This document shows positions 35,819 through 47,695 of a stretch of 64,000 nt of DNA, in pieces. The stretch lies in assembly GCA_030390025.1 (NCBI GenBank), contig CM059432.1, positions 116,376,001-116,440,000 on the forward strand. The letters run 5' to 3'. Position numbers and translations under genes: made by a program. This DNA is from Squalus acanthias (lineage: Eukaryota). Numbering within the stretch: position 1 is the stretch's first letter; the number at the start of each line of letters is the position of its first letter. The notes beneath the pieces are model-generated. The model did no database searches. It worked only from the letters and a program-made list of their open reading frames with translations, and was not told the origin of the DNA.

Positions 35819-36320
35819 GTGAGGGCAAAGCCATTTTGAGGCCCTAATTTGTGGGGGGGGGGGGGCGTCAGGAGGAGCATTTCTATTCTGTAAACTGCTG
35901 TAAAATGTAATCTGCCCCATGGTTCTTCTGTGATCTGGGAGTAGCTGGGCGGCTGTTATAGAGCTCCCTCCAGTGTAGGGTTGGTGTTGGTGCACGGCAT
36001 TCATCCTTTACACAAGAGCAGAAACTGATAGCCAAGTGCCGCACTCATGAGGAGGGCCTCAATCGCGATATCGGGTTCATGTCACGATACAGAACGTGAC
36101 TTGACATCATGGCCGGTCTTCCCAGGTGTTTTTTTAAAAAAAGGCTAACACAAGAACCTACACAGATTGACAGGATATGCAGCCAGCAGGTGGTTTGACA
36201 CGTTGGACCCCCTGGGACACATCTCATTGTCTTGGCTATGCTCTTTGATGTGGGAAAGATTTGAATATATTTTGTCTGTGTTTAAATTGTGAATTCTGGG
36301 AGATTCTCTCACTGCTAAAC

Positions 36321-36359
36321 TTACCTGACGAAGGAGCGAACTGCTCCGAAAGCTTGTAA
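36321..36359 (+). ncRNA. Minimal hammerhead ribozyme with intact core (in a Penelope terminal fragment running to about 36416)
   Basis: ttac-CTGACGA-aGGAGC-gaact-GCTCC-GAAA-GC-TT-gtaa. Confidence 0.82.
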
Positions 36360-36460
36360 AATTAAATAAATCTGTTGGACTATAACCTGGTGTTGTGCGA
36401 CTTCTCATTTTTATCCTTTACATTAATCATTTTGCTTGAGAACTGCCTCTTCAAATAGCA

Positions 36461-36652
36461 CAACACCAGGTTATAGTCCAACAGTTTTATTTGAAATCAC
36501 AAGCTTTTGGAGCGCTGCTCCTTCGTCAGGTGATGAAGGAGCAGCGCTCCGAAAGCTTGTGATTTCAAATAAACCTGTTGGACTATAGCCTGGTGTTGTG
36601 CGACTTCTCACATTTGTCCACCCCAGTCCAACACCGGCATCTCCACATCATG
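36461..36652 (+). mobile_element. Short Penelope-derived insertion of two head-to-head terminal repeats, each with a hammerhead remnant
   Basis: 71-bp inverted arms (36458-36528 / 36531-36601); 13-bp direct repeat tcttcaaatagca at 36448-36460 and 36653-36665. Confidence 0.85.
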
Positions 36653-36854
36653 TCTTCAAATAGCAGCAGTAATTATCATCACCATTACAAACTTTGTTTT
36701 ATAAATTAGTAACAGCTGCAGTAACAGATTTATCAGGGCTTTGCAAAACTATTTTTCAGCATTGTGGGTAAGTATTCTCCACAAAGCCAAATCATGCTAT
36801 GGTGTTCATCTGGGGCACATTCCAGCTTTAGGGATGTACACCTACAATTTCTGT

Positions 36855-39078
36855 GGGGGTTTCACAGTGCGAGCAACCCCTTCGGGAGAGGCGGGCTGCC
36901 AGTTAACATATGTTAATTGCTCAATTAGTGCGATATTGACATGGGTTTTTAGACTTTAACGTCGGGTCCATGGGTTTCCCGGGCTTCCTGAAACTCGCCA
37001 GTGAAAGCACGGTGAGTACACAGCGGTAATTGAGGGGGTCAATCCATCTCATGGAAATATGCCAATAAATACTCAATACCCACAGCTGCTTTCTTACCTT
37101 CTTGTGGGAAAGGGTTTGTTCACAGTACTTGTGCTGAGAGGTTACTTTAGACACTTTGAAGGTGTCATCTACACTTTGGAGGTTTGGAGGTCTGATCTGC
37201 ACTTTGGAGCTCTGATTTATCAGATCAGCATGGGTGCCGCTTACGCTGCCTTAGATTGGATAACAGATGAGGACTAAGATGACCAGCAACAGCAGCAGAA
37301 ACAGCGGCGGCAGCAGCCTGCTGCTCACTGACCTGCAGCTCCACAGGAGAGAGGTGCAGCTCGCAGGAGGCCATATCCAGCACACAGGGGCTACAGGCAG
37401 AGGATAAGCTTCCTCAACATGTCAGAACACCAGTGTCTCAGGAGGCTCAGGGTGTCGCATGAAGTGGTGGCAGACATCTGCAGCCTACTGGAACAAGACC
37501 TGCTGCCAACTGGACCAGGTGGCCATGCTTTACCAGTGGCTGTCAAAGTCACCACCGCACTCAACTTTTTTGCCTCTGGATCCTTCCAGGGTTCTGCGGG
37601 AGACGTTTGCAGGATCTCACAGTTGGTGGCACACAAATGCATAAGACAGGTGACTGATGGCTTGTTTGCTAGGGCCGCTAATTATGTCCACTTTGTCTGC
37701 GATGACGCCAGTCAGAATGAGTGGATGCTTGGGTTTGCGGCTCTGGCTGGCTTCCCACAGGTGCAGGATGCCATCGACTGCACACACGCAGCAGTCCACT
37801 CTCCCTGATCTCTTCGCACCTGGAAGCAGAGTTGGCTGCTCAGAGACAAGGGATACCACTTAAAATCAGAAACCCGAGGAATGAGGCCCAGGAGCAATAT
37901 AATGAATGCCATATGACCACCAGATGCGCCATCGAACAAGCATGTTGAAGATGCACTCCAGGTACCTGGACAGATGTGGAGGCGCCCTTCAGTACGCACC
38001 AGCCAGGATCTCCAGAATGGTCGTGGTGTGCTGCACCCTGCACAACATTGCGCAGCAGTGAGGTTTGGACTGCAGGAGGACCAAGGCGCAGAGCGCAAAG
38101 CCTCTTCAGAGGATTCGGAGGAAGCTGAGGAGGAGGAAGAAGAGGAAGAGGAGGAAGACGAGGAGGCGGAAGGTGATGAGGGCAATGCACCACCAGTGGC
38201 GCACATTGCTGCCCGGGATGCCCTGATTATTTCTATGTTCACTTAGGTTCCAACAGTGCACCCATCTCACAACCTGATGCAAAAGCCACTTTTGCTCCCC
38301 CCCACCCCCCACTCCCCCCACACCAATGCCACTAACACAAAGTAGTCCTGGAAACAACCAAGCATCCCTTGCACATCCCCACATTGGTCCCCGTCAATTC
38401 ATGTCTTCCCATTCATAATCAAACAACTGAAAACGCCACTTGCCAGCCAGCAACCAAGAATGGGCAACATGGGAAAGTGGTGCAAAATAATAATGTTTAT
38501 GTGCATCAAATGAACAAATGAGACTTAACAGTACAAAATGTGTAAGTCACCCATGTGCGTACCCTTGTGCAAATACAAATCTTTACTCTTCCTTTTCCTA
38601 TTGCTTCTATGTGGTGCAACCCCTGTGGCTTCAGCAGAGGTAGAGGCAGGCTGCGTACATCCCTGCTCTGACTGCTGAGATGCTCTTGGCCAACGTCCTC
38701 TGGGTTTTGAAGCCCGTGAGGGCCCTGCCAAAGACTGCTCCACCTGCACCTGTGCAGGCACAGACTCGGCCATCAGGACACAGGGCAGCATATGGGTTAC
38801 TGACTGAGGAAGGGGCAACCGGTGAGAAGTGGAAGTGCTTTGAGTGCAGTCCCCACTTCCAGATCCCCTCTCGCCATCATCCCTCTCATGGCCCAGCTGC
38901 ACTTCCCTGTTGCCACTGAGCTGGAGAGCACTTTGCTGCAGCTCAGTGGGGCAATGAAAAGCCCTGAAAGGTATCGTTCATCCTATTTAAGGTGGCATCC
39001 AGAGTGTGCAAACCCTTATTGAAGGCCTGCATGCATTCATGCGATTGCTGCCCTTGATGCTCCCTGCAGTTGGCCACT
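36855..39078 (+). mobile_element. Degraded Harbinger: transposase pseudogene (about 37229-38246, +) and Myb-gene C-terminal remnant (about 38525-39070, -)
   Basis: [24 protein letters not shown] with internal deletion, acidic tail; AGPSRA..RGR..QPASTSA motif shared with the other Myb genes here. Confidence 0.85.
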
Positions 39079-39829
39079 CAACAACAACAACAACAACTTG
39101 TATTTATATAGCGCCTTTAACATAGTAAAATGTCCCAAGGCCTTTCATAGGAGTGTTATAAAACAAAAAAATTGACACCGAGCCACATAAGGAGAAATTA
39201 GGGCAGATGACCAAAAGCTTGGTCAAAGAGGTAGATTTTAAGGAGCGTCTTAAAGTAGGAAAGAGAGGTAGCGAGGCGGAGAGGTTTAGGGAGGGAATTC
39301 CAGAACTTAGGGCCCAGGCAACAGAAGGCACGGCCACCAATGGTGGAGCGATTATAATCAGGGATGTTCAAGAGGGCAGAATTAGAAGAACGCAGATATC
39401 TTGGGGGGTTGTGGGGCTGGAGGAGATTACAGCGATAGGAAGGGGCGAGGCCATGGAGGGATTTGAAAACAAGGATGAGAATTTTGAAATCGAGGCGTTG
39501 CTTAACCGGGAGCCAATGTAGGTCAGTGAGCACAGGGGTGATGGGTGAACGGGACTTGGTGCGAGTTAGGACACGGGCAGCCAAGTTTTGGATGACCTCA
39601 AGTTTATGCAGGGTAGAATGTGGGAGGCCAGCCAGGAGTGCGTTGTAATAGTCAAGTCTAGAGGTAACAAAGGCATGGATGAGGGTTTCAGCAGCGGATG
39701 AGCTGAGGCAAGGGCGGAGACGGGCGATGTTACAGAGGTGGAAATAGGCGGTCTTAGTTATGCCGTGGATATGTGGTTGGAGGCTCATTTCAGGGTCAAA
39801 TATGACACCAAGTTTGTGAACTGTCTGGT
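39079..39829 (-). mobile_element. L2 LINE 3' fragment
   Basis: LGVIFD, ETLIHAFVTSRLDYYNALL, DLHWLPV, WNSLP; (aac)n tail. Confidence 0.94.
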
Positions 39830-40244
39830 GTAATGACCTATATTCTACCTGTAACAAGTATTCATCCTATAAATTGCTGATAATCACTCTACAACTTCAA
39901 TCAGAATGTCCCTGCAATGCACAAGGTGTGGTCAGTCTCTCCAGTCAATGCCATTTTTAACAGGCCCCGTCTCTCTCCCTAGCTCCATGGACTCTGGTTT
40001 GGACTCTGTTTCCATGCGAAGATGAAAACTCTGACCTGTACTTGCACTTCACACGTCAAAACCAGCCGGTACAGACCAACCTCAACCAAACCGAGAGATT
40101 GAACAAAGGACAGCGGGCTCGGAGTTTGAGGCAATTCTCACAGGGCACATTGTCCTAAACTCAGCTCAGAACATATTTCTAAACCACTGCCTGGGCTCTG
40201 ACACAATAAAGGAGAGTTTTTATAGAATGAAAGGAAATGACAGT

Positions 40245-40475
40245 ACATGAGGAGGCCATTAGGCCCTTGGTTCTCTCTCCTGTAACCCCATACCCTCACA
40301 TCCTTTCTTACTCCACCTTTTCAAATACTTATCCCATTCCCTTTTAAATTATGTTCTAGTCTTTACCTCAATAGCAACTTGTGGTGAAGCATCCCATGAG
40401 CTAATAGCTCTCAGTTCAAAAATCTTACTACTCCCTTCCCCGTGATTCTTTTAGTGTGAATCTTCGGTCTCTGCC
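40245..40475 (-). mobile_element. Old CR1 3' fragment
   Basis: ggaggccattaggccc and a degraded RT C-terminus. Confidence 0.5.
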
Positions 40476-42070
40476 CCCTTGTTTCCCATTCGCCCACCGG
40501 AAACAATTTTTCGCTATTTACCCCAGGTTTCACTCACTCCTTTACTGGCTGCTCCTCTCTCAGTGTCGCTCCCACTCACCATGTTGCTGCTGCTCCCAGC
40601 TCTGCAGGAAACACTGGGCCCCATGTGCACCCCATTCCCTAGTCTCCCTCTCTCCCCCAAGCCCCAATCCCACCGACCCCAGTCCCCAGTCTCTCGCTCT
40701 GTACCCCACCTGAGTCCCAATCCTCTTGACTACAAGTCTCCCTCTGCACTCCCTGCCTGAGCCCCAATCTCCCAATCCCCAATCTTCCTTGCTCCCATCC
40801 TAGACTCCCATTCCCCAGTCCGCTGTGACTCGCTCCCCCTGCCTCGAGCAATCCTCCGACTCCCGCCCAGTCCCGGGTCACCCTCTCTTCCTCCCCTGAG
40901 CCCCAATCAGCTGGTCCCTAATCCCTATTCACCCTCCCCACACCTCTCCCGGCCCTGACTCTCTCATTCCCCCCAGATTCCCAACTGTTTCTCCATCAGC
41001 CATTCCCGTTCCTAAGTGGGAGCCGGCCCTCTCCGGTGGTGGCGGGTGGTGCCACCAAGTCGGAGGCTTCTCTGCGAAGGTAGCCGGTGATGTCATGCAA
41101 TGGGGAAGGGAGGGGGCGCTGATGCAGTGAGAAATTTAAAGGGCAATGGCTCATTCCAGGAGACTCCCGGACAATCCAGAAGGGTTGGCAACTATAGTGG
41201 GATCCCAAGGCTAATGTTCCTCTCTCTTGGGCCAGCTGCAGCATTCCCACTGTAGAGGCACTTTATAAATTTAGGATTAGCAATTCAATGAATATACTTC
41301 CCTTTTAAATATCTCAAGCCTGTGCCATATATTCAATAATCACATCCAAACGCATTCTATGAATCGCTGCCAGGAGTGCCTATTGGGGCATTGCAGACGT
41401 GCTTCCAATTTTTCATTCTTTAAATTAATTAATGGGTAGAAAATCATGGAGAGTGTGCCCTTGATTTCCTGACATATGCTCCCAGTGGGCGAGAGCCTGC
41501 ACTTGGAGCGCACGTTCGTATCATTTACTCCCAGTGCGCTAATAAATAGTAAAAGCATAGCTTGTAGTAACTTGTAACTTATTTTTATTTGTGAATTTAA
41601 AGAAGATAATTCGAAGAATCAACTGATTTAAAAAAAAAATGTTGACTTATTTTGTGTTATAAAGACAACTATGACCCACATAAATGTCACGAGACTAAAA
41701 TGAGAGGACAATCAATTGATCCAAGATGGTTCCAGGCAATGAAAAGCTGGGTCACAGTTGACGAGAAGATATAATCTCTCGATAAAGGAGGTGGAACAGC
41801 AGCAGCTAAAAATGGGATCCCAAGCAATAAATCAAGGTTATCACAAACATCATGGGACTGAAATTCCCTTATTGCATTAGTTACCATCCACACAATTTGA
41901 GCTTCAATGTACTTGTGTGCTACAGGCGTCTCACAGAAAATTACTCCCTGCTGCTACTGCCTTTTACACACCTTAGTATAGTTCCATGAGCGAGAGAGGT
42001 TTAACTTGTTAAGTCTTCATTTAAAGCCAATTCCTTAGACAAATTTTCAGTCTTTCACTTCCCCCAAATG

Positions 42071-42205
42071 GAGGTAGATCTTGACTTTGTGCGATAGTGT
42101 AAAACCATTGACTTCAATGGAAATAAAAATCGGGAGCGATGTTAAACGAGCGGCCGATTCGCTATCACCTGTTTTACACTATCGCATCAAGTCAAAATCT
42201 ACCCC
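42071..42205. mobile_element. Harbinger-type MITE (135 bp)
   Basis: About 35-bp imperfect TIR: gaggtagatcttgactttgtgcgatagtgtaaaac / gttttacactatcgcatcaagtcaaaatctacccc. Confidence 0.85.
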
Positions 42206-43425
42206 ATTGTGTGAACATCATGCCTGATAAAAGCTGGCACTTAAGCAGTGGAAAGAGTTGCCAGCTGTGCAAAGGCAACAGAAGAGCCAAGGAACTATAC
42301 TAAAGTATCCTTATTCTAACTGTTTAGCAGCCACTGAGCTGCTGGAAGAGTGAGAAGCTGGGCTCACTGGATGTTGGGGTGAGGGGCTTGCTGCTCAGTG
42401 TTATAGGGATGCAGCCATTAGAGAAGTGGCTAAATATGTGGATTAAAGATGCCGGATTCTTTCTAAAGGCTCAGAAATGCTCTCGAGCCTTTGCAATGGC
42501 TGTACGGGGTAGGTGGGGAGAAAACTGTACCCATGTAGTTCCATGCACTAGGTATATTGCATGCCATAGTCAACCTGTTCCACGTTTACTGCTCAGCCAT
42601 GCCATGAACAACCTTACACTTCTGTTATTGCATCTCAAGTGTACCCATACCAAAGCAGGGCACACAGTTAAAATGGAACATATAATTGAAAGCCTTGCCG
42701 CACTCACATATTCCAAAGGCTTCAGACGTCAACCTTTATATCATAGCCTAGCTACATGTTTCATGGTCACGTACTGACATACCGATTGGCCACATATCTG
42801 TCAATGTGGATGTGTTGCTTTGACTTACAGCATCTCAAGACTATTTTCTTCCTGCTCCGCAAGATGGTATAGAATTCAAGGGAGCACAAATCATAGGCCC
42901 TTGGCTTCCCTGGAGGAAGCCACCTTGGACAGCCTGGTATATCAGAGCATGGAAGTAGTAATAAAAGGTGAAACAACTCAGGCCTTGTCCCATCCTACTC
43001 TTCTGTCTTGTCTTCTCATGCATTCCCTCTAAGGTAGACACACATGTCAATGTCTTAGAGTGCAAGCTGTGTTTGAATCTGTGGTGTGGAGCCAATGTTC
43101 TAACAATTATTCCTTTTCTATCATTACTATTTCTTTATTTCTGAGAATCTTTTGCTCACTGGGTACCTGTCTCTGCATTCATATTGCTGCATTACTTCCT
43201 GTTATTATTCGCACTTCTGATAAATTTTAAGTGCTGGAGTGGGAGCCTTTGTTCCCCATTCCTTTTCAAACAACAAAGGAATTCCTTTGGTATTCCAATG
43301 GCACTTCTGGAGTTCAATGAGGAAAAATAGTTAACAAGGAAGTTAGTGCGTAGGTGCATTTACACCTGAGGCATTCTGCAGCCTTTCTCCAGAAGCTACA
43401 TCTACAGACCTAGTCACAGCTGTCT

Positions 43426-43846
43426 GTGTCAGCCATGGCTCAGTTCATAGCACCCTCGCCTTTGAGTCAGAAGGTTGTGGGTTCAAGTCCCATTCCAGAG
43501 ACTTGAGTGCAAAAATCTAGGCTGACACTGCAATGCAGTACTGAGGGAGTGCTGCACTGTCAGAGGTGCTGTCGTTCGGATGAGATGTTAAACCGAGGCC
43601 CCATCTGCCCTCTCAGGTGGACGTAAAAGATCCCATGGCACTATTTCAAAGAAGAGCAGGGGAGTTATCCCCAGTGTCCTGGCTAATATTTATCCCTCAA
43701 TCAACATCACTAACACAAATTATCTGGTCATTATCACATTGGTGTTTGTGGGAGCTTGCTGTGCACAAATTGGCTGCTACATTACAACAGTCTGGCATGG
43801 GCTCGATGGGCCGAATGGCCTCCTTCTGTGCTGTAACCATTCTATG
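43426..43846 (+). mobile_element. DeuSINE whose L2 tail is replaced by a CR1 tail
   Basis: Collinear with the SINE at 35347 up to attacaacagt (about 43791), then ggcatgggctcgatgggccgaatggcctccttctgtgctgtaaccattctatg. Confidence 0.85.
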
Positions 43847-44632
43847 TCAGAGAAGACCTGCCATCACCACCTAAGCTTCAGTAGGCAGTCAGTCACTAAG
43901 TTATGCAATTGGCTTTGCAGCACTTGCACCTCAGCTACAGTTGAAGAATTAGATCAGAATATGGATTATATTTTGTTAGGGGGGGGATTACTGATATGAG
44001 GGAGCAAAAGGCAGAGAATGACCGGCTGATATTAGGCAGAATCCTGCATGGCGACTAACTGCGTCGCATCACTTCAACAATTGGAGGCCTAGCTTTCAAA
44101 CAAACAATGCTACATAAGCATGAAAATGCATCCAAATCATTCCAGCCTATAGGCTCAATACTTTGCCTACCTTGGGGGAGATACTTGAAGGGCTACATGG
44201 GCTCAGACTATGGGGCACTCTAGGGGAGCCATAATCCCAGAAGAAATCTAGCTGCTGTTGCCATGCAAACTAGGCCATTCATCACCTACTTGATGTAACA
44301 GTGCACAGAAAGCTGGCTGTTCCTGCACATCTCTCCTACAGAGTGTCTTTATTCATGGTCACAATATCACCATGAGAGAGATAATCAGTTAAAAGCATGT
44401 CCTTATATAGGGTCTATTTTAACTTCCTGGAAATTCCTTTTTTGCTTGAAATTTCACATGAAACACTTCAATTAGTAAGTTGCTATGAAGTATTGCCAAT
44501 ATTGATATCTATGCAGTGATCTCGGTCAAGGGTTGATTTCTGTCTGGTTCATGAATGTAGAATGGAAATTAACAGTACGATTCCTTGTTTATCTTAGGTC
44601 TTTAAGAATGGATTTGTTCCAAGTGACACACT

Positions 44633-44830
44633 GGGCTGGATTTTCAATGACCTATGGAGTCGGGTTTGGAGGCGTGTGGGGGGTTAAAGTTGCGGGGTCG
44701 GGGGTCCCGACCCCATCCCGACTCCATCCCGCCTCCACGCAATTTTGACAAAATCATTCGCGGGGTTCCCAACTCTGTCCCGCCTCGAAGAGTGCCAACT
44801 TTAATGTCCTGGGAACCGATACCTCCCAAG
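44633..44830. mobile_element. One end of a non-autonomous Harbinger, same family as 57219-58042
   Basis: gggctggattttcaatgacc... is the reverse-complement homologue of about 57930-58042. Confidence 0.8.
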
Positions 44831-44839
44831 TCCCTCTAC

Positions 44840-46440
44840 TCTTCCACAGCACCATGCCAGCTTCGTCAGAATATAATTACTGCTTCTTTATCAAAATGAA
44901 TCACCTCACACTTAATAACATTCAATTCTATCTGCCATTCTTTAGTCTATATCCCCATCTTTTCAATATCCCTTTGTAATTTCCTTTGATCTTCTAAAGA
45001 ATTAACTATATTTCCTATTTTGGTATCATCTTCAACTTCAATACCACTCCCTCTAGGCCTATATCCAAATCATTGATATACACAGTAAACAGAAATGGCC
45101 CCAGACTCAACTCTGTGGGACACCACTTCTCCACTTGCAAACATGATGAAAAACTACCCTTAACTCCTACTCTCTGTTTTGTCCCTTCTAACCAAATTCC
45201 AGTTTTCTATTCGCCCCTATTTCCATACCCTATAAGTTTCTATAGTAATCTCACGTGTGGTACCTTTTCAAAGACATTCCTAAAATCCATGTACTCTACA
45301 TCCACTGCACTTACTCCACCTACGATGTTTGTACCTCAAAGAATTCTACAAGGTTTGTTAAGCATGATCCTCTTTTTTGAAATCCTTGCTGGTTACTTCT
45401 AACTAGTTTCTCTTTACTTAGATACATGAAAATGTAATTCTTAATTAAAAACCAAAGAGTTTCTCTGCTGCAGATGTACAAACTGATTTGTAATTACCTG
45501 GATTAGCTCGGTCTCCCTTTATAAAATGAGATACTACATTAGCTATATTCCAATCCATCATCACACCTCCACACTCAATACAGCCATGGAATATAGGCCC
45601 GAAAATTAGACCTAATACGCGAGAGTATGCACTGTGTACTCTCGCGTATTAGGTCCCGAATTGCCAGTTTCCTGCATGCACTGCGCATGCGTGGAAAACC
45701 GGCACTTCATGTATTGCAAAGGGGGCGGTTCCTAAGTGAACCGCGTGCGCACTACAGGCTGCGCGCACGCAGTGCACTTAGTTTTTTTTTCAGGTTTGAA
45801 CGCGCAGGTAAGTGGTGAAGATTTTACACATAAAGAAAGCAGGCGTAGGACCCCCTTTTAACAAGGTAAGTAGTTAATTAAGTGTTATTTTAAATTTTTT
45901 TCAACAGGTTTATCTTTTTTAGAGACTTTAAAGAAAGGTAAGTTTATTTTTATAACTTTTAAAAAGAATTTAAATTTTTTCAAAAATTTAATTTTTTGTT
46001 TAAAGTGGTTAATTTATTTAACTATAGTTATTTTATTAATGTGATGGCTTTTTTTTAAATTTAATTGAGGTTTAGCTGTTCTTTTGGGGGCTTGTAGTAT
46101 TCATAGCTTTGACAGCCCTTGCTGTCAAAACTATGAATGAAAGATGGTGTGCTGCCATTGGCTCTAACTGTCCCACGTGATCCCGGAGCTCGCACAAACT
46201 AATTGCGCCTCTAGGACACGCAAGCACTGCACGCCGGCAACAGGAGAGGCCCTCAAACTGAAGTTCGTGTGGGCCCGAAACAAAAAGGTAGGCGCGGAGT
46301 GCGATATCGCGGGGAATCCTTACCCCCGCGGCAACCATCGATGTTTAATTTCGGGGCCATAATTTCTAAGGCCTCAGCAATTGCCTCCTTCATCTCCCTT
46401 AAGGATTCTTGGATGTACCCGGTCAGGCCCTGGTGCTTTC
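44840..46440 (-). mobile_element. Old CR1 RT fragment interrupted by the element at 45596-46358
   Basis: Degraded RT motifs on the minus strand (DDTKIG, FGKVP, SPGPD-like) on both sides of the insert. Confidence 0.7.
45596..46358. mobile_element. Non-autonomous Harbinger-type element (763 bp)
   Basis: TIRs GGCCCGAAAATTAGAC / GGCCCCGAAATTAAAC; 3-bp TSD ATA (45593-45595, 46359-46361). Confidence 0.9.
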
Positions 46441-47494
46441 AAAAATAACAACTTTCCCACCCGACCCACCACCAATCGTGCCCGCTAACACCCCGGAAAA
46501 TTCCGGCCATCATCTGAGTCTAGACTAGCTGCTGCTCGTGAAATGCTCTTATCACAAAGGCTTCAGAGGCAAAGAAAAGATTTGAATTGGATGTGAAAGC
46601 TGCTCACCCGGAGTAGGGGGAATAAAGTCATCATTTTCCATTATTATAAAGAACGAGACAGCTGGTCCGAAATATCTTGCCCTTCTTTCCTTTGCCTCTA
46701 CTGGTCTCCTGGTAAGTGAGGACCACCACGAGTTCCTAAGGGGTATCATAGAATGTTACAGAAACAGGCCACTCGGCCCATCCAGTCTGCACCTGTGTTT
46801 TTTCTCCATTTCAGCAATTTCTCTTTACCTTTTCCACAAACACCAATGCGAAATAGTTTGCTGGAGGTTTCAATAGGGTCCTGTTCAAAACAAAACAAGC
46901 ACACTCCAATTTCTTGCAACCTCCCCAGATATTGAAACACAGCAAATTTATGGAACAGGAAACGATAATTATTCCAAATAAGCCTCCTTTTCATGCAAAA
47001 GACACAAACATCTTATGAAATCCTGGACAGATATAGTACAGGACAAAAACAATACTGTCTGTCGTATTCAGCATACACATCTATTGCATCACTTGAAATA
47101 TTAATAAGCATGTGCCTACAGTAAGCTGCATTCCTGTCTCAATAAAGCGAACCCATTTCATTTACAGGAAGGTTTAAATATTGATTGAGTTTTCTGATGT
47201 AACTTGGTCAGAGGAAGCTTCTCAGTTCATAAAATAACTATTATAAACTCCACTAATAAAAGTCTGCTACATTTTCAGTGTGATGGTGCTTGCTGACAGC
47301 AGCGAACATTTTGCAAATTCTGACGAACATATTTTATACTGATTATTGACTAGATTCCTGTCCTGCTGTTAAACCAGATCGGATTGAGTCACAGAAAAGT
47401 CAACTAGGTGGGCATTTACTGTTGCTGAATGTAAACCTTAGACACATTTGAACTTGTGAAAAAATATAAAATAAAAAGGAAACAAAAATCTCAT

Positions 47495-47695
47495 TGACAA
47501 AAACAGTTTATCTGGTCATTTATCACATTGCTGTTTGTGGGAGCTTGCTGTGCGCAAATTGGTTGCCGCGTTTCCCACATTACAACAGTGACTACACTCC
47601 AAAAAGTGCTTTGTTGGCTGTAAAGCTCTTTGGGACGTCCACTGATCGTGAAAGGCGCTATATAAATGTAAGTCTTTCTTTCTTCTTTCTTTCTT
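47495..47695 (+). mobile_element. DeuSINE 3' part
   Basis: cacattgctgtttgtgggagcttgctgtgcgcaaattgg...aaggcgctatataaatg + (tttc)n. Confidence 0.88.

Noticed and set aside
44257..44270. RFX X-box-like motif gttgccatgcaaac
   Set aside because: A single short motif without conservation data cannot be distinguished from chance
46520..46720. Possible host exon ending ctg|gtaagt
   Set aside because: No convincing acceptor or recognisable peptide; a lone donor is insufficient
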